Shown here one piece after another: positions 9,669 to 19,560 of a DNA stretch of 64,000 bases. The position numbers and the translations under genes were made by a program. This DNA is from Candidatus Staskawiczbacteria bacterium (GTDB lineage: Bacteria > Patescibacteriota > Minisyncoccia > Minisyncoccales > Staskawiczbacteraceae). The stretch's first letter is position 1, and the number at the start of each line of letters is the position of its first letter. The notes beneath the pieces are model-generated. The model saw nothing but the letters and a program-made list of their open reading frames with translations. It was not told where the DNA came from and ran no database searches. Location of the stretch: NCBI GenBank assembly GCA_026395215.1, contig JAPLZC010000010.1, positions 140,150-204,149 of the forward strand. Reading direction: 5' to 3'.

Positions 9669-12386
9669 TTACTTTTTTGCTTTTGTTAATTTTGGTCTTT
9701 CGGTAAATCTGGGCATAAGCTTTGGCGTGTCAAAAGTCATTTTGCCTTCGCCAGTTGGCGAATTGTCTGCATCAATCAAAATTCGTGAACCTTCGGCAAT
9801 TTCATTGGTGACAATTTTTATAGACAACGGGTCTAAAATTAGACGCTGGATAACTCTTTTCAACGGTCTGGCTCCCAAATTGGCATCAAAACCTTCTTTA
9901 ACTAAAAGCTCTTTGGCTTTATCTGAAATACCAATTTTTATCTCCTTTGTAGCCAAACGTTTCTCAACTTTGGCCAATTCCAAATCAACAATTGTTTTAA
10001 TCTGCTCTTTTTGTAAATAATTAAAAATAACAACTTCATCAATTCTGTTCAAAAATTCCGGCCTGAATGAATCCTTTAAGGTGTCCATTATTTTTTCCTT
10101 CATTGACTCGCGCTGTTCTAACTCTTCTTTGTTATTAAACCCAAGGGAAGACATTTTGTTTATGTAATCAGAACCCAAGTTAGATGTCATTATAATAATT
10201 GTATTTTTAAATGACACTACTCTACCTTTAGAATCTGTCAGCCTTCCATCTTCAAAAATTTGCAACAAAAGATTAAACACATCAGGATGGGCTTTCTCAA
10301 CTTCATCTAATAACAAAACAGAATACGGCCTGCGCCTGACTTTTTCTGTAAGCTGTCCGGCTTCTTCATATCCCACATATCCTGGAGGACTTCCAATCAT
10401 TTTTGAAACCGTGTGTTTCTCCATATACTCAGACATGTCCATTCTTATTAAGGCCTTTTCGTCGTCAAACAAAAACTCTGCCAAAGCGCGGGCACACTCT
10501 GTTTTTCCAACACCAGTAGGCCCCAAAAATAAGAAAGACCCTAAAGGTTTGTTCTCTTCGGAAATTCCGGCCCTAGCCCTGCGTATGGCGCGAGATATGG
10601 CAGAAATTGCCTCTTGCTGTCCTACAACTCTTCTGTTCAAAGTATCTTCCATTGTCTCTAATTTTTTAGCTTCCTCTGTTATCAAGCGCATTACAGGTAT
10701 TCCTGTCCAGCGCGAAACAACTTTGGCAACTTCTTCTTCTGTAACTTCTTCTTTAAGAAATCTGTGCTCTTTTTGAATTTTAATTAATTTTTGTTCTATC
10801 TCAGAGGACTCTTTCAACAATTCGGGAATTCTTCCATATTTAATTTCGGCCACCTTTTCTAGGTCGGCTTCCCGCTGAGCAATTTCTGTTTGGTAAGAAA
10901 GATTATCTAATTTTTCTCTAATATCTTTAATTTTATTTATAAGCTCTTTCTCTGTTCCCCATTTTAACCTAAGAGCTTTTGTTTTTTCATTCAAATCTGC
11001 CAACTCTCTGGCAATAACCTTTAATCTTTTTTCAGATCCTTTTTCTTTCTTAAGCGCCTGCTTTTCAATTTCCAACTTCATTATTGCTTCATCAAAAGTT
11101 TCCAATTCTTGAGGGTCAGATTCATTCTCCAATCTTAAAGCACTGGCCGCTTCGTCCATTAAGTCAACTGCTTTGTCTGGCAGAAATCTGTCAGAAATAT
11201 ATCTGTTTGCCAATTCTACGGCCGCTTTTATTGCAGAATCTTTTATTTTAACTCCATGGTGAACTTCATATTTTTCTTTAATACCGCGCAACATTGCAAC
11301 GGCATCATCCACAGAGGGCTCCTGTACATAAATTGGCTGAAACCTTCTTTCCAGTGCAGCATCTTTTTCAATATATTTTTGGTATTCCTTTAAAGTTGTA
11401 GCTCCAATTGCTCTTAATTCTCCTCTGGCCAATGCTGGTTTCAAAAGGTTTGAGGCATCAATTGCACCCTCAGCAGCTCCCGCGCCAACTATTGTATGAA
11501 GCTCATCTATAAATAAAATATATTTACCAGCTGACCTAGATAATTCTTTTAACAAAGCTTTAATTCTTGTCTCAAATTCTCCTCTATATTTTGTTCCTGC
11601 AATTATGGCTCCCAAATCTAAAGAAATAACTTCTTTATTTCTCAAAAAATCCGGCACATTTCCTCTGGCGATTCTTTGGGCAAAACCTTCCACAATAGCT
11701 GTTTTTCCAACTCCGGCTTCTCCAATTAACACCGGATTATTTTTTGTCCTTCTAGAAATTATTTGCATTAATCTCCTAATTTCATTATCTCTGCCAACTA
11801 TTGGGTCAATTTTTCCGGCTGAAGCCAGATTGGTTAAATTCCTGGTATATTTTTCAATTACTTGATATTTTGATTCTGGTTCGGGATCTGTAATGCGTTG
11901 CCCTCCCCTTATTTGTGACAAAACTTTCATTACCGCCTCGTAATCAAGCTTGGAACTTTTTAGATTATTTCCTTCACCCGAGGCCAAAAAATTAACTTTT
12001 TCCAAAATATCCTTGGCTCCCGATTTTGTATCCAATACAGCCAAAAACAAATGCTCAACGGAAATAAACTCGTCATTCATTTTGATTGCTTCCTGCCTTG
12101 CTCTATCTAAAGCTTTTGCCATATCTTGCGTAAGATAAAACTGCCCAAACGCCTGCGGTGTTGAAATTACTGGAATTTTAGTAATTTGTATTTCAACCTT
12201 CTTCATTAATGCTTCGGCATCAACTCCAAGTTTTTGCAAAACTGTAATTACTATACTTCCCTCTTGAGAAAGTAAAACCAACAATAAATGCAGGGCATCA
12301 ATTTGTGATTGCCCCTTCTCCTGCGCCAATTGTTGCGCCTGCATTAAAGCATCCTGCGCCTTATTAGTAAAATTAGCTCCATTCAT
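9669..12386 (-). CDS. clpB: Chaperone ClpB
   Basis: Two AAA modules ([16 protein letters not shown]), middle coiled coil, GARPLKR. Confidence 0.95.
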   Translation of the reverse strand: MNGANFTNKAQDALMQAQQLAQEKGQSQIDALHLLLVLLSQEGSIVITVLQKLGVDAEALMKKVEIQITKIPVISTPQAFGQFYLTQDMAKALDRARQEAIKMNDEFISVEHLFLAVLDTKSGAKDILEKVNFLASGEGNNLKSSKLDYEAVMKVLSQIRGGQRITDPEPESKYQVIEKYTRNLTNLASAGKIDPIVGRDNEIRRLMQIISRRTKNNPVLIGEAGVGKTAIVEGFAQRIARGNVPDFLRNKEVISLDLGAIIAGTKYRGEFETRIKALLKELSRSAGKYILFIDELHTIVGAGAAEGAIDASNLLKPALARGELRAIGATTLKEYQKYIEKDAALERRFQPIYVQEPSVDDAVAMLRGIKEKYEVHHGVKIKDSAIKAAVELANRYISDRFLPDKAVDLMDEAASALRLENESDPQELETFDEAIMKLEIEKQALKKEKGSEKRLKVIARELADLNEKTKALRLKWGTEKELINKIKDIREKLDNLSYQTEIAQREADLEKVAEIKYGRIPELLKESSEIEQKLIKIQKEHRFLKEEVTEEEVAKVVSRWTGIPVMRLITEEAKKLETMEDTLNRRVVGQQEAISAISRAIRRARAGISEENKPLGSFLFLGPTGVGKTECARALAEFLFDDEKALIRMDMSEYMEKHTVSKMIGSPPGYVGYEEAGQLTEKVRRRPYSVLLLDEVEKAHPDVFNLLLQIFEDGRLTDSKGRVVSFKNTIIIMTSNLGSDYINKMSSLGFNNKEELEQRESMKEKIMDTLKDSFRPEFLNRIDEVVIFNYLQKEQIKTIVDLELAKVEKRLATKEIKIGISDKAKELLVKEGFDANLGARPLKRVIQRLILDPLSIKIVTNEIAEGSRILIDADNSPTGEGKMTFDTPKLMPRFTERPKLTKAKK

Positions 12387-12443
12387 AATATTTTATTATT
12401 ATAATTTAATACTTTATTTTATCCTAAACCCAACAATAAATCA

Positions 12444-12470
12444 ATAGCACTCCCCAGTCAAGAGTGCTAA
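12444..12470 (-). promoter_or_regulatory. CIRCE element (HrcA operator) upstream of clpB
   Basis: Minus strand TTAGCACTC-N9-GAGTGCTAT, one mismatch to the CIRCE consensus. Confidence 0.9.
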
Positions 12471-12520
12471 TTAATAAACAAAAAAAACCAGGAACTATTC
12501 CTGGATCTATTGATGCCTGT

Positions 12521-12781
12521 CTAAGGAGACGGCCTGCTTGCGACACGCATGATGCTGTTTATGCCCAGCATTTTGGGATCTACCCTCTCAACAACCTTGT
12601 CATGGCCTATTGCTAGGGGTTCTAATAAGCAAATCCTGCCGTCTTCTAAAACAAAGAAACACAATGCCACTCCCCTCATGAAGATTTCTCCGCTGTCATC
12701 CAATCTGAAAAAACTGAAATCCTTGAGCTCTCCGAGTTCCGTTGTGTGGCCCGGCACATTTTTGTTGACCATTTGTTTCAT
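12521..12781 (-). CDS. Hypothetical protein
   Basis: AGGGAG SD; own promoter-like region; terminator-like hairpin at about 12481-12504. Confidence 0.5.
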   Translation of the reverse strand: MKQMVNKNVPGHTTELGELKDFSFFRLDDSGEIFMRGVALCFFVLEDGRICLLEPLAIGHDKVVERVDPKMLGINSIMRVASRPSP

Positions 12782-12938
12782 GATTTACTCCCTTTAAAGA
12801 ACCAATGTCATATTATATATTTTATCCCCCAAAGTCAAACAAAAAAAGAACCCGGAAACGTGAGAGCAACCTTTCGTAAGGTTGTATTCTGCACGTTCCC
12901 GGGCATTTATCGGCGCGATTCGCCCAACTTCTCACGGG

Positions 12939-13364
12939 CTACGCGCATTTCTCCGCTGTGAAGACGTCGGCCGCGGTAGGAAAGACACCTAGTGATCCTT
13001 CACGGGCGCCGGCGGTGGCCTGCTGGGTTGTGGCAGTAACGCGCGGATTCGGGTTAGAGACAACCGTCACCGATGTAGGCAGGACACGCTGGTCGGAAGT
13101 TGCCGGTACGGCACATTCCAGACTGCCCTCGGGCGCATTGGCGCGGTTGCCACTGTTGCCGACCGTCACGCTGTCCAGCGCAACAATCATGTTTTCCGGC
13201 GCATTAATGTCAACCATAGCCTCTGACGGTGGCGACGTGTCGACGATGGCCGTGATTTGCGTGCCGTTCGGCGCGTTGGCCGGCGGACCCGCGGTGGTCT
13301 GCATCATCGCAATGCCTAATGCGGCAACCGCGATGCTTGCAATCATGAGCTGACTCAGCTTCAT
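12939..13364 (-). CDS. Secreted Ala/Thr/Pro-rich hypothetical protein
   Basis: AAGGAGG SD, signal peptide MKLSQLMIASIAVAALGIA, internal ANAP/INAP repeats, GC-rich DNA. Confidence 0.55.
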   Translation of the reverse strand: MKLSQLMIASIAVAALGIAMMQTTAGPPANAPNGTQITAIVDTSPPSEAMVDINAPENMIVALDSVTVGNSGNRANAPEGSLECAVPATSDQRVLPTSVTVVSNPNPRVTATTQQATAGAREGSLGVFPTAADVFTAEKCA

Positions 13365-13575
13365 GATATTTCCTCCTTTTGGGGGGTTTGTTGTACTTGA
13401 TATGACTGGTACCGACCAGCCAACGGAGATTCTACAAAGTGTCAAAGAGCTATTGCTCTTTCAAAAAACATTAAACGCATCCTTTTATTAATTCCATACT
13501 ACTACAAGAAAATCAAACAGTCAAAAAAAAGCAGCCAGATTTCTCGGGCCGCATCAACGCGCGTTAAGCGCATAT

Positions 13576-13821
13576 TTAGGGAGCAGACAAAGCTCCAAAT
13601 GGCTTTGGGAGCTCAACAAGGATAGAGTAGACTTTCTCCACACCTTCCATTGCCTCGAAGGGTACAGGGTCTAACTCACCTTTGTTATCAACGCTGATTA
13701 CCTTTTGTGTCGCGCTAAGTTTAGACACATGATATCTGTGTCCTGACTTAACCACCGCATCTGTCACCTCGCGCACTTTTCCTTTTTTCGCACCCAACTT
13801 CATCCTAATTATCATAACCAT
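13576..13821 (-). CDS. Stand-alone ferredoxin-like (ACT-type) regulatory domain resembling the N-terminus of type I-beta DAHP synthases
   Basis: MIIRMKLGA...HVSK...ELDPVPFEAMEGVEKVYSI...KPF pattern; directly after pheA. Confidence 0.65.
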   Translation of the reverse strand: MVMIIRMKLGAKKGKVREVTDAVVKSGHRYHVSKLSATQKVISVDNKGELDPVPFEAMEGVEKVYSILVELPKPFGALSAP

Positions 13822-13839
13822 CTCCTTTTTTACAGTTAC

Positions 13840-14679
13840 TTAACCAGCATTTGCCGCAATAGTCGCCTTATGGTAAGAGCCGAGTACCTTCAAATAGGTT
13901 CTCTCTCTTATTTTTGACAGCGCCACCCGCAAATCTTCATCCCTTTGATGCCCATCCACGTCCACAATAAACAGGCATTCTCCCAACTTCCTATTCGGAG
14001 ATCTGGTAGACAGAATCGTTCCAATGTTAATGTCCAAAACACCAAAGACTTCCAACACCTCCAACAATGCTCTGGGTTTATCGGACACACCGAAAATTAA
14101 AGTTGTTCGGTTATTTTCATTAAGTGGTGGTCTTCTTCCTCCAAGAACAACAAAACGAGTTTGATTGTCCGGGAAGTCACTGATATTACTAGCGATAATT
14201 GGAACGCCGTATTTTCCCGCGGCGTATTGTGTCCCAATTGCAGCAATTGTAGGATCTTTCTTATCGGCAACCAGCTTGACCGATGCGCTTGTACTTCCTA
14301 AGGCCTGAGTTGTAATATCCGGCATGCCCTCAAGAAATCTGCGACACTGATCCAATGGCTGGGAATGAGAATAAACCATCTTGATCTGATCCTTATGGCC
14401 AAAGCCAACCAAATAAGACCTTATGTTCCAGATGATTTCGCCGGTTATTTGATAACCGTCGCTACTCTCTGTGAGCAGATCAAGCACCCATTGAACCTGC
14501 CAACCAATCGCATTGACTATTGGCAGGACTACCTTCCAAACCTTCTTCTCTCGCATTGCCTGAGCGAACCTTGAAGGCTCAAGAGAAATCAACTTGCAAT
14601 TGTCACTGTCGCCGACGTGCAAGGCAACTTCGTGTGAATACGATCCTTCTGGACCCAGATAACCGATTGTCTTTTTCAT
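13840..14679 (-). CDS. pheA: Prephenate dehydratase with ACT domain
   Basis: GYLGPEGSYSH, YSHSQPLDQC, NQTRFVVL, C-terminal ACT ending LKVLGSY. Confidence 0.9.
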   Translation of the reverse strand: MKKTIGYLGPEGSYSHEVALHVGDSDNCKLISLEPSRFAQAMREKKVWKVVLPIVNAIGWQVQWVLDLLTESSDGYQITGEIIWNIRSYLVGFGHKDQIKMVYSHSQPLDQCRRFLEGMPDITTQALGSTSASVKLVADKKDPTIAAIGTQYAAGKYGVPIIASNISDFPDNQTRFVVLGGRRPPLNENNRTTLIFGVSDKPRALLEVLEVFGVLDINIGTILSTRSPNRKLGECLFIVDVDGHQRDEDLRVALSKIRERTYLKVLGSYHKATIAANAG

Positions 14680-14726
14680 CACCATTCCTCCATTTGGTTT
14701 GTTTGTTTTGTTCCCTATTCTGTTGT

Positions 14727-14759
14727 CAAAAAGCAAAAGCTCCTCGGTGAGAGGAGCTT
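14727..14759 (-). terminator. Attenuator terminator hairpin upstream of pheA
   Basis: Minus strand AAGCTCCTC-TCACC-GAGGAGCTT followed by TTGCTTTTT. Confidence 0.8.
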
Positions 14760-14786
14760 GTTTGAAGTTTTAATTTTGTTTCTTAA

Positions 14787-14864
14787 TTAAACGCTCAAAC
14801 CAACCCCTCTCATTGAGAAGCTAAAGAAGAAAAAATAATTATTCTTTCTGTTGGTTTGTTTCAT
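14787..14864 (-). CDS. Phe-rich leader peptide (pheL-like)
   Basis: MKQTNRKNNYFFFFSFSMRGVGLSV*; its 3' part can pair with the terminator 5' arm. Confidence 0.8.
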   Translation of the reverse strand: MKQTNRKNNYFFFFSFSMRGVGLSV

Positions 14865-14874
14865 AACAATTTTT

Positions 14875-14903
14875 AGTCTATCAGATACAAGGATACGTGT
14901 CAA
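14875..14903 (-). promoter_or_regulatory. Sigma-70 promoter of the leader-pheA unit
   Basis: TTGACA-17 nt-TAGACT. Confidence 0.7.
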
Positions 14904-14914
14904 CAGTCTAGACT

Positions 14915-16498
14915 TTATTGGCCACGCAGGTTAAGTATCTTCCTAAACGTAGCCGCCCCGACAAAACCTGTGCCTTTAGTGAGACCGGAAGGAGTTAATA
15001 CATCCTTCTTATAGCACTCCTGAAACTTTTTGACTGCGTTCCATGTCTTTATGCTAAAAGTGGTGGTTTCATTTCCCGGAGAACCGGCTCCACTGACAGA
15101 AACTTTGCAAGATGTTTGGGGACAACCTAAATTAGGACAACCCGCCTTGGCGCTGTTTAAAAATTTCTGCAGTTGTCTGACGTCTTCGCCCCTCATGCCA
15201 AGTCTCAACGCACGAGTAAAAGTGAATTGCTCTGAACCAGGACAGGTACCACTAAAGGTTGCTTTTATGGTTTTGTTTGAATTCATTGTTACGGTTATAG
15301 GGTTATTTGTGCCTGAAGCATCAACTGACCACCCGGTAAAATTACAATCGATTGTAGTTACAGCAGTAAGTGTTACTTGTGTGCCTTCAAAATAACTTGA
15401 CCAATTAAGATTTTTTGTTATTGAACCACCACCAATTGTTGATGTTGAAATTGTATAATAGTTACCTCCTCCGCCACCGCCACCACCTATGCTGTTAATT
15501 GCAAAGGTTGCTGTGACAGAAATATTTCCTGTTACATTTGTGTCGGTTCTTGGATTTTGTGTTGAACCGTCACTCCAACTTACAAAATGATAATTAGTAT
15601 TTGCTGCGGCAGTAACAGCTGTTCCGCTTGCACCAGAAGCTACCATCTGCGGAGCGGTACCAGAAATATAGCCGTTAACTCCTGCAGTATAGTTTAAGGA
15701 ATAACAACTCCTGCTTAAAACCGGAGTTCCACCGGTGCAACCTGAGGGAGATTGAGTAGCAACGGTTCTTGTCTGACTTCCTCCAGCAGAACAGGTCCCC
15801 CAATCAGAATAAGTAAAAGAAGTGCAGGTGGGAACAACTGGCGGTGTGCAGCTCTGGCTCAAAATCGGACTTCCGCCTGTGCAACCTGCTGGAGATTGAG
15901 TAGCTATTGTGTGCGTTTGAGTACCTCCTGCTGAACAAGTTCCCCAATCAGAGTAAGTAAATGCTGTACAGGTAGGAAGAGCGATATACCGGACACAACG
16001 GACTAAGCGTGTGCCGTATTTGCCGTCTTTGTACTGGTTCCCATCGTTGTACTGGGCCCAGGCGTAGTAGGAGTTGTACTCCGTGGAGGACCAGTAGTAG
16101 AGCCCACCCATGCCTAATGCTCCTTTATTAACATACAACGTGTTCAATTCATCCTTCGCCGGCAAATACCAGTCTGTATGTCCACCGGTACTCATATTCT
16201 TACAATAATACGCTGCCACATACCTAGACCCTCTGGCCGCCAGATTATTTGTATTAGCTGCCCCGTCAGTCGTACTGGTCGCGCCTGTAACGACATTTTC
16301 ATTAGCCCACTGCATTGTTCCGGCATCACTCAGTGTGGTGCGAAGTGTAGGGGTGACATACACCGTGCCATCTGCGCACACTGTTCCTACGGCCGGAGTT
16401 CCAGCGCAAAGATCAGCTTGAGCGTGAAGCACTTGTCCACCAAATAATAAACCTGTTGTGGCTAAAACAACTGCAAATAATAGAGATTTAATTTTCAT
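14915..16498 (-). CDS. Secreted surface protein: DUF1566/Lcl C-type-lectin-like domain, two TSP1-like repeats, InlB B-repeat-like domains, PG-binding domain
   Basis: Signal peptide; GHTDWYLPAKDEL...YWSSTE...VRCVR; YSDWGTC x2; GMRGEDVRQLQKFLN. Confidence 0.8.
   Translation of the reverse strand: MKIKSLLFAVVLATTGLLFGGQVLHAQADLCAGTPAVGTVCADGTVYVTPTLRTTLSDAGTMQWANENVVTGATSTTDGAANTNNLAARGSRYVAAYYCKNMSTGGHTDWYLPAKDELNTLYVNKGALGMGGLYYWSSTEYNSYYAWAQYNDGNQYKDGKYGTRLVRCVRYIALPTCTAFTYSDWGTCSAGGTQTHTIATQSPAGCTGGSPILSQSCTPPVVPTCTSFTYSDWGTCSAGGSQTRTVATQSPSGCTGGTPVLSRSCYSLNYTAGVNGYISGTAPQMVASGASGTAVTAAANTNYHFVSWSDGSTQNPRTDTNVTGNISVTATFAINSIGGGGGGGGNYYTISTSTIGGGSITKNLNWSSYFEGTQVTLTAVTTIDCNFTGWSVDASGTNNPITVTMNSNKTIKATFSGTCPGSEQFTFTRALRLGMRGEDVRQLQKFLNSAKAGCPNLGCPQTSCKVSVSGAGSPGNETTTFSIKTWNAVKKFQECYKKDVLTPSGLTKGTGFVGAATFRKILNLRGQ
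15704..15970 (-). repeat. Two tandem TSP1-like coding repeats (period 144 bp)
   Basis: CTAFTYSDWGTCSAGGTQT...SC and CTSFTYSDWGTCSAGGSQT...SC. Confidence 0.85.
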
Positions 16499-16503
16499 AT
16501 TTG

Positions 16504-16740
16504 TTATTTTTTAATTTTATTTTGGCAAGCAAAAATACATTCTTCTTTTGTTAAAAATTTGTTTTTAGCAATTGGGCCGGCGCCAGGGAAAGTCCACCCC
16601 ATACTTCCAATGTGAATGCATGCCGTCTGACAATTAATTTTCACTTTTGGCGCATTAGATTGCATATTCCAAATGCTAATTGCAAAAATTATTATCAAAA
16701 TAATTAATATCGCTATACCTACTTTTTCTCTTGTTTGCAT
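16504..16740 (-). CDS. Small membrane-anchored Cys-containing protein
   Basis: N-terminal TM; four Cys including FLTKEECIFAC. Confidence 0.6.
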   Translation of the reverse strand: MQTREKVGIAILIILIIIFAISIWNMQSNAPKVKINCQTACIHIGSMGWTFPGAGPIAKNKFLTKEECIFACQNKIKK

Positions 16741-16759
16741 TGTTTTTATTTATTAATTA

Positions 16760-17356
16760 TTAAAATATTTTCTGTGTTTGAAAAGGATTATTAATACAAT
16801 CCGCATCTGAATTTTGGTCGTCACTACAGGTACAATCTTGGCAGATGATACATTTTATTCCGTAGACATTTAAGTCTTTATCGGTCAAAACAACATAACC
16901 ACAACCGATTTTCCCGTCCCCTATCCCGGTATCAGAAGAAGGGGTATCAGAAAGCACAACTTCATAATATCCTCCTTGGACAAAATAGTCGGCGTTATAA
17001 TCTGATTTATAAAATTCAGAAAGATAGTGAGTATTATTGTTTAAAGACGGATTATCCGACCCTTCGCCCCCATTTGAACCGTAAAAATCTTCGGGACCGC
17101 AAATATAGTCAGGCTCTCCGGGATTCCCATCGCAGATTGCTTGATCATTTGGATAGTCGCCATATTGGGCGGAAAAGGCGAGCAAGGCTTTTTCTATGTT
17201 TTTGGCGTCTGCATTTGCCCGCGATTCTTTTGCTTTGCCAATATAAAAAACCACATTGGCCGTAACAATGCCAGCTAAAATAGCGATTATGGCAACAACC
17301 ACTACAAGCTCAATAATAGTAAACCCACCTGAAAGCCTATTTTTTATTTTATTCAT
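16760..17356 (-). CDS. Type IV pilin / pseudopilin-like protein
   Basis: Prepilin motif GFTIIELVVVVAIIAILAGI; YGDYP. Confidence 0.9.
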   Translation of the reverse strand: MNKIKNRLSGGFTIIELVVVVAIIAILAGIVTANVVFYIGKAKESRANADAKNIEKALLAFSAQYGDYPNDQAICDGNPGEPDYICGPEDFYGSNGGEGSDNPSLNNNTHYLSEFYKSDYNADYFVQGGYYEVVLSDTPSSDTGIGDGKIGCGYVVLTDKDLNVYGIKCIICQDCTCSDDQNSDADCINNPFQTQKIF

Positions 17357-17445
17357 GCAAATTATTGTCAATAATATTTATTGCCTATACTATATTATAT
17401 AATTTCTAAAAAATTAGATAAAGGCGCACACCGATATTATAATTT

Positions 17446-18783
17446 TTATGAGCTTCTCTCGCCCAGTGTCACGTCAACGTCTATTTCCCGCCCTGCAGGG
17501 GCGGCTTTATCATTCCTTAAAATGTGCAAAGTAATTTTATCGCCGGGATTATATTTCTGGATTATTTTTGCCATTGAATTATTCTTGGTAATTTTTTCTC
17601 CGTTGATTTCTAAAATAACATCCTTCTCTTTTATGCCGGCTTTCTCTGCGGCAGAATTGGCAGTTACGGCTGGTTCTCCTTTATCGCCTTCCAAAACCAA
17701 CGCTCCATAATCTATAGACAGTTTATATTTTTCTTTAACTTGTTCATCAACCAAAATATATCTTACACCCAAAAAAGGATAAACAATTTTGTTATTTTTT
17801 ACAACCTGGTCAATATCTTTTTTTGCCATATTTATTGGAAGCGCAAAACCAATACTTTGGGCTCCTTCTGCCATAGCTGTATTTATACCTATAACCTCGC
17901 CTTTCAAATTAACCAACGGTCCGCCGGAATTTCCCGAGTTAATGGCAGTATCTGTTTGAATAATTCCTTCAAGAGTTTCAGAAAAAGAACCAATATTGTC
18001 AGAAGCCGAAATAGTCCTTCCTAAACCCGAAACTACGCCCACTGAAACTGTGTTACTAAATTGCCCCAAAGCGTTTCCAATTGCAATTGCTGTCTGTCCA
18101 ATTTGTATTCCCGAAGAATCTCCCAAAATTACTGATGGAAATGGAATGAATTCTTTAACATTTGGAAGCTGGATCTTTATTATAGCCAAATCTTGTACTG
18201 GGTCTAATGCCAAAACTTTGGCGTTATATTTTTGACCGTCATTTGTAAAAACAGCGTATTCGGCACTGCGGTCTGAAACAACGTGTTTATTGGTTAGAAT
18301 AAGTCCATCTTCTGAAACTATAAACCCAGACCCAGCGCCAATTTCCTGCAACTGTGTCCCTTTTTGCACTTGCTGAGGAATTTGTAAATTAAAATCAGGA
18401 AAAAGGTCGCCGAAAGGATTACCATTGTCTCCCATAGGATCTACAAACTGCTGTTCATAAACTGGCACATTCTTAGAAATTACAATACTTACTACAGAAG
18501 GTGAAACATTTTTTGCTACGTCAATTATAGCCTGCTCATAAGCAAATGCCGATGTATATATTTTCTGAACCTCCAGATTCTCAATTTCAGCCACATCCTC
18601 TAAAATAGGCCTAGTAAAATAATTAATAAATTCCTGCGTCTGTGCTGGGAAATATTGCCAAGCAATTATGCTTGCAGAATATCCAAACAGACACAAGGCC
18701 ACAATTAAATAAAAAATACCCAAAAAAATCCTATTTTTTATAATCTTATTTAAATCAAATTTTGGAAGGTTATATAAATTCAT
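17446..18783 (-). CDS. htrA: HtrA/DegP-family serine protease with PDZ domain
   Basis: GSGFIV, TNKHVV, DLAIIK, IQTDTAINSGNSGGPL, PDZ. Confidence 0.93.
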   Translation of the reverse strand: MNLYNLPKFDLNKIIKNRIFLGIFYLIVALCLFGYSASIIAWQYFPAQTQEFINYFTRPILEDVAEIENLEVQKIYTSAFAYEQAIIDVAKNVSPSVVSIVISKNVPVYEQQFVDPMGDNGNPFGDLFPDFNLQIPQQVQKGTQLQEIGAGSGFIVSEDGLILTNKHVVSDRSAEYAVFTNDGQKYNAKVLALDPVQDLAIIKIQLPNVKEFIPFPSVILGDSSGIQIGQTAIAIGNALGQFSNTVSVGVVSGLGRTISASDNIGSFSETLEGIIQTDTAINSGNSGGPLVNLKGEVIGINTAMAEGAQSIGFALPINMAKKDIDQVVKNNKIVYPFLGVRYILVDEQVKEKYKLSIDYGALVLEGDKGEPAVTANSAAEKAGIKEKDVILEINGEKITKNNSMAKIIQKYNPGDKITLHILRNDKAAPAGREIDVDVTLGERSS

Positions 18784-18810
18784 ATTTTAATATATAAATA
18801 CGAATAATAA

Positions 18811-19530
18811 TTATTTTTTAGTGCCTTCTTTATTTTTATAGTGTCCAAACTTATATTTAAATATATCAGATCTTACCGGTCCAATAAAAATCATGTAAAG
18901 TTCACAAAGAAAGAATTTGATTCCAGTTCTAAACCAGCCGTCAGTTTTGAGCCTTCTATCTGACGAATAAAGTATAACAGACTTTATTATACCAAAGTTG
19001 GCTATTTTATTAGCACGCCTCGCAAAATCCATATCTTCAGCAATTTTTATTGTTTCGTCAAACCCCTTCAATTCATCATATAAATCCCTCTTTACCAATA
19101 TACCCATTGCCGCGTGTGGTAAAACTTTTTCTAGAAAACGCATGGGTCTGTTATAATAATATTCCAAAAGATGGTCTAAAAAACGGTTTGTAGGATATGT
19201 TTTTATACAAAAACTGGCAATATCGAGATTCCTTTCTTCGAACTCCGCTAAAGATTTATCCAAAAATCCTTCTGACAAAATAACGTCAGAATCTAAAAAG
19301 AACAGTACATCTCCTTTGGCAATTTTTGCCCCCTCGTTTCTACCTTTGGCAGGTAACCCTCCAGAAGTTATAATGCAATTATATCTTTTTGCAATTTCAA
19401 GTGTTTTATCTTTAGAGCCAGCATCAGCCAAAATTATTTCGTAGTCAAAAAACTTTTGGTCTTTTATAGAAGCCAAAAGCAACGGCAAATACTTCTCTTC
19501 GTTTAGCGATGGAATAATAATACTTATCAT
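18811..19530 (-). CDS. Glycosyltransferase family 2
   Basis: ISIIIPSLNEE, ADAGSKD, FLDSD, EDMDF. Confidence 0.9.
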   Translation of the reverse strand: MISIIIPSLNEEKYLPLLLASIKDQKFFDYEIILADAGSKDKTLEIAKRYNCIITSGGLPAKGRNEGAKIAKGDVLFFLDSDVILSEGFLDKSLAEFEERNLDIASFCIKTYPTNRFLDHLLEYYYNRPMRFLEKVLPHAAMGILVKRDLYDELKGFDETIKIAEDMDFARRANKIANFGIIKSVILYSSDRRLKTDGWFRTGIKFFLCELYMIFIGPVRSDIFKYKFGHYKNKEGTKK

Positions 19531-19560
19531 ATTATTTATTTTGTATTAAACAAAAGTTTG

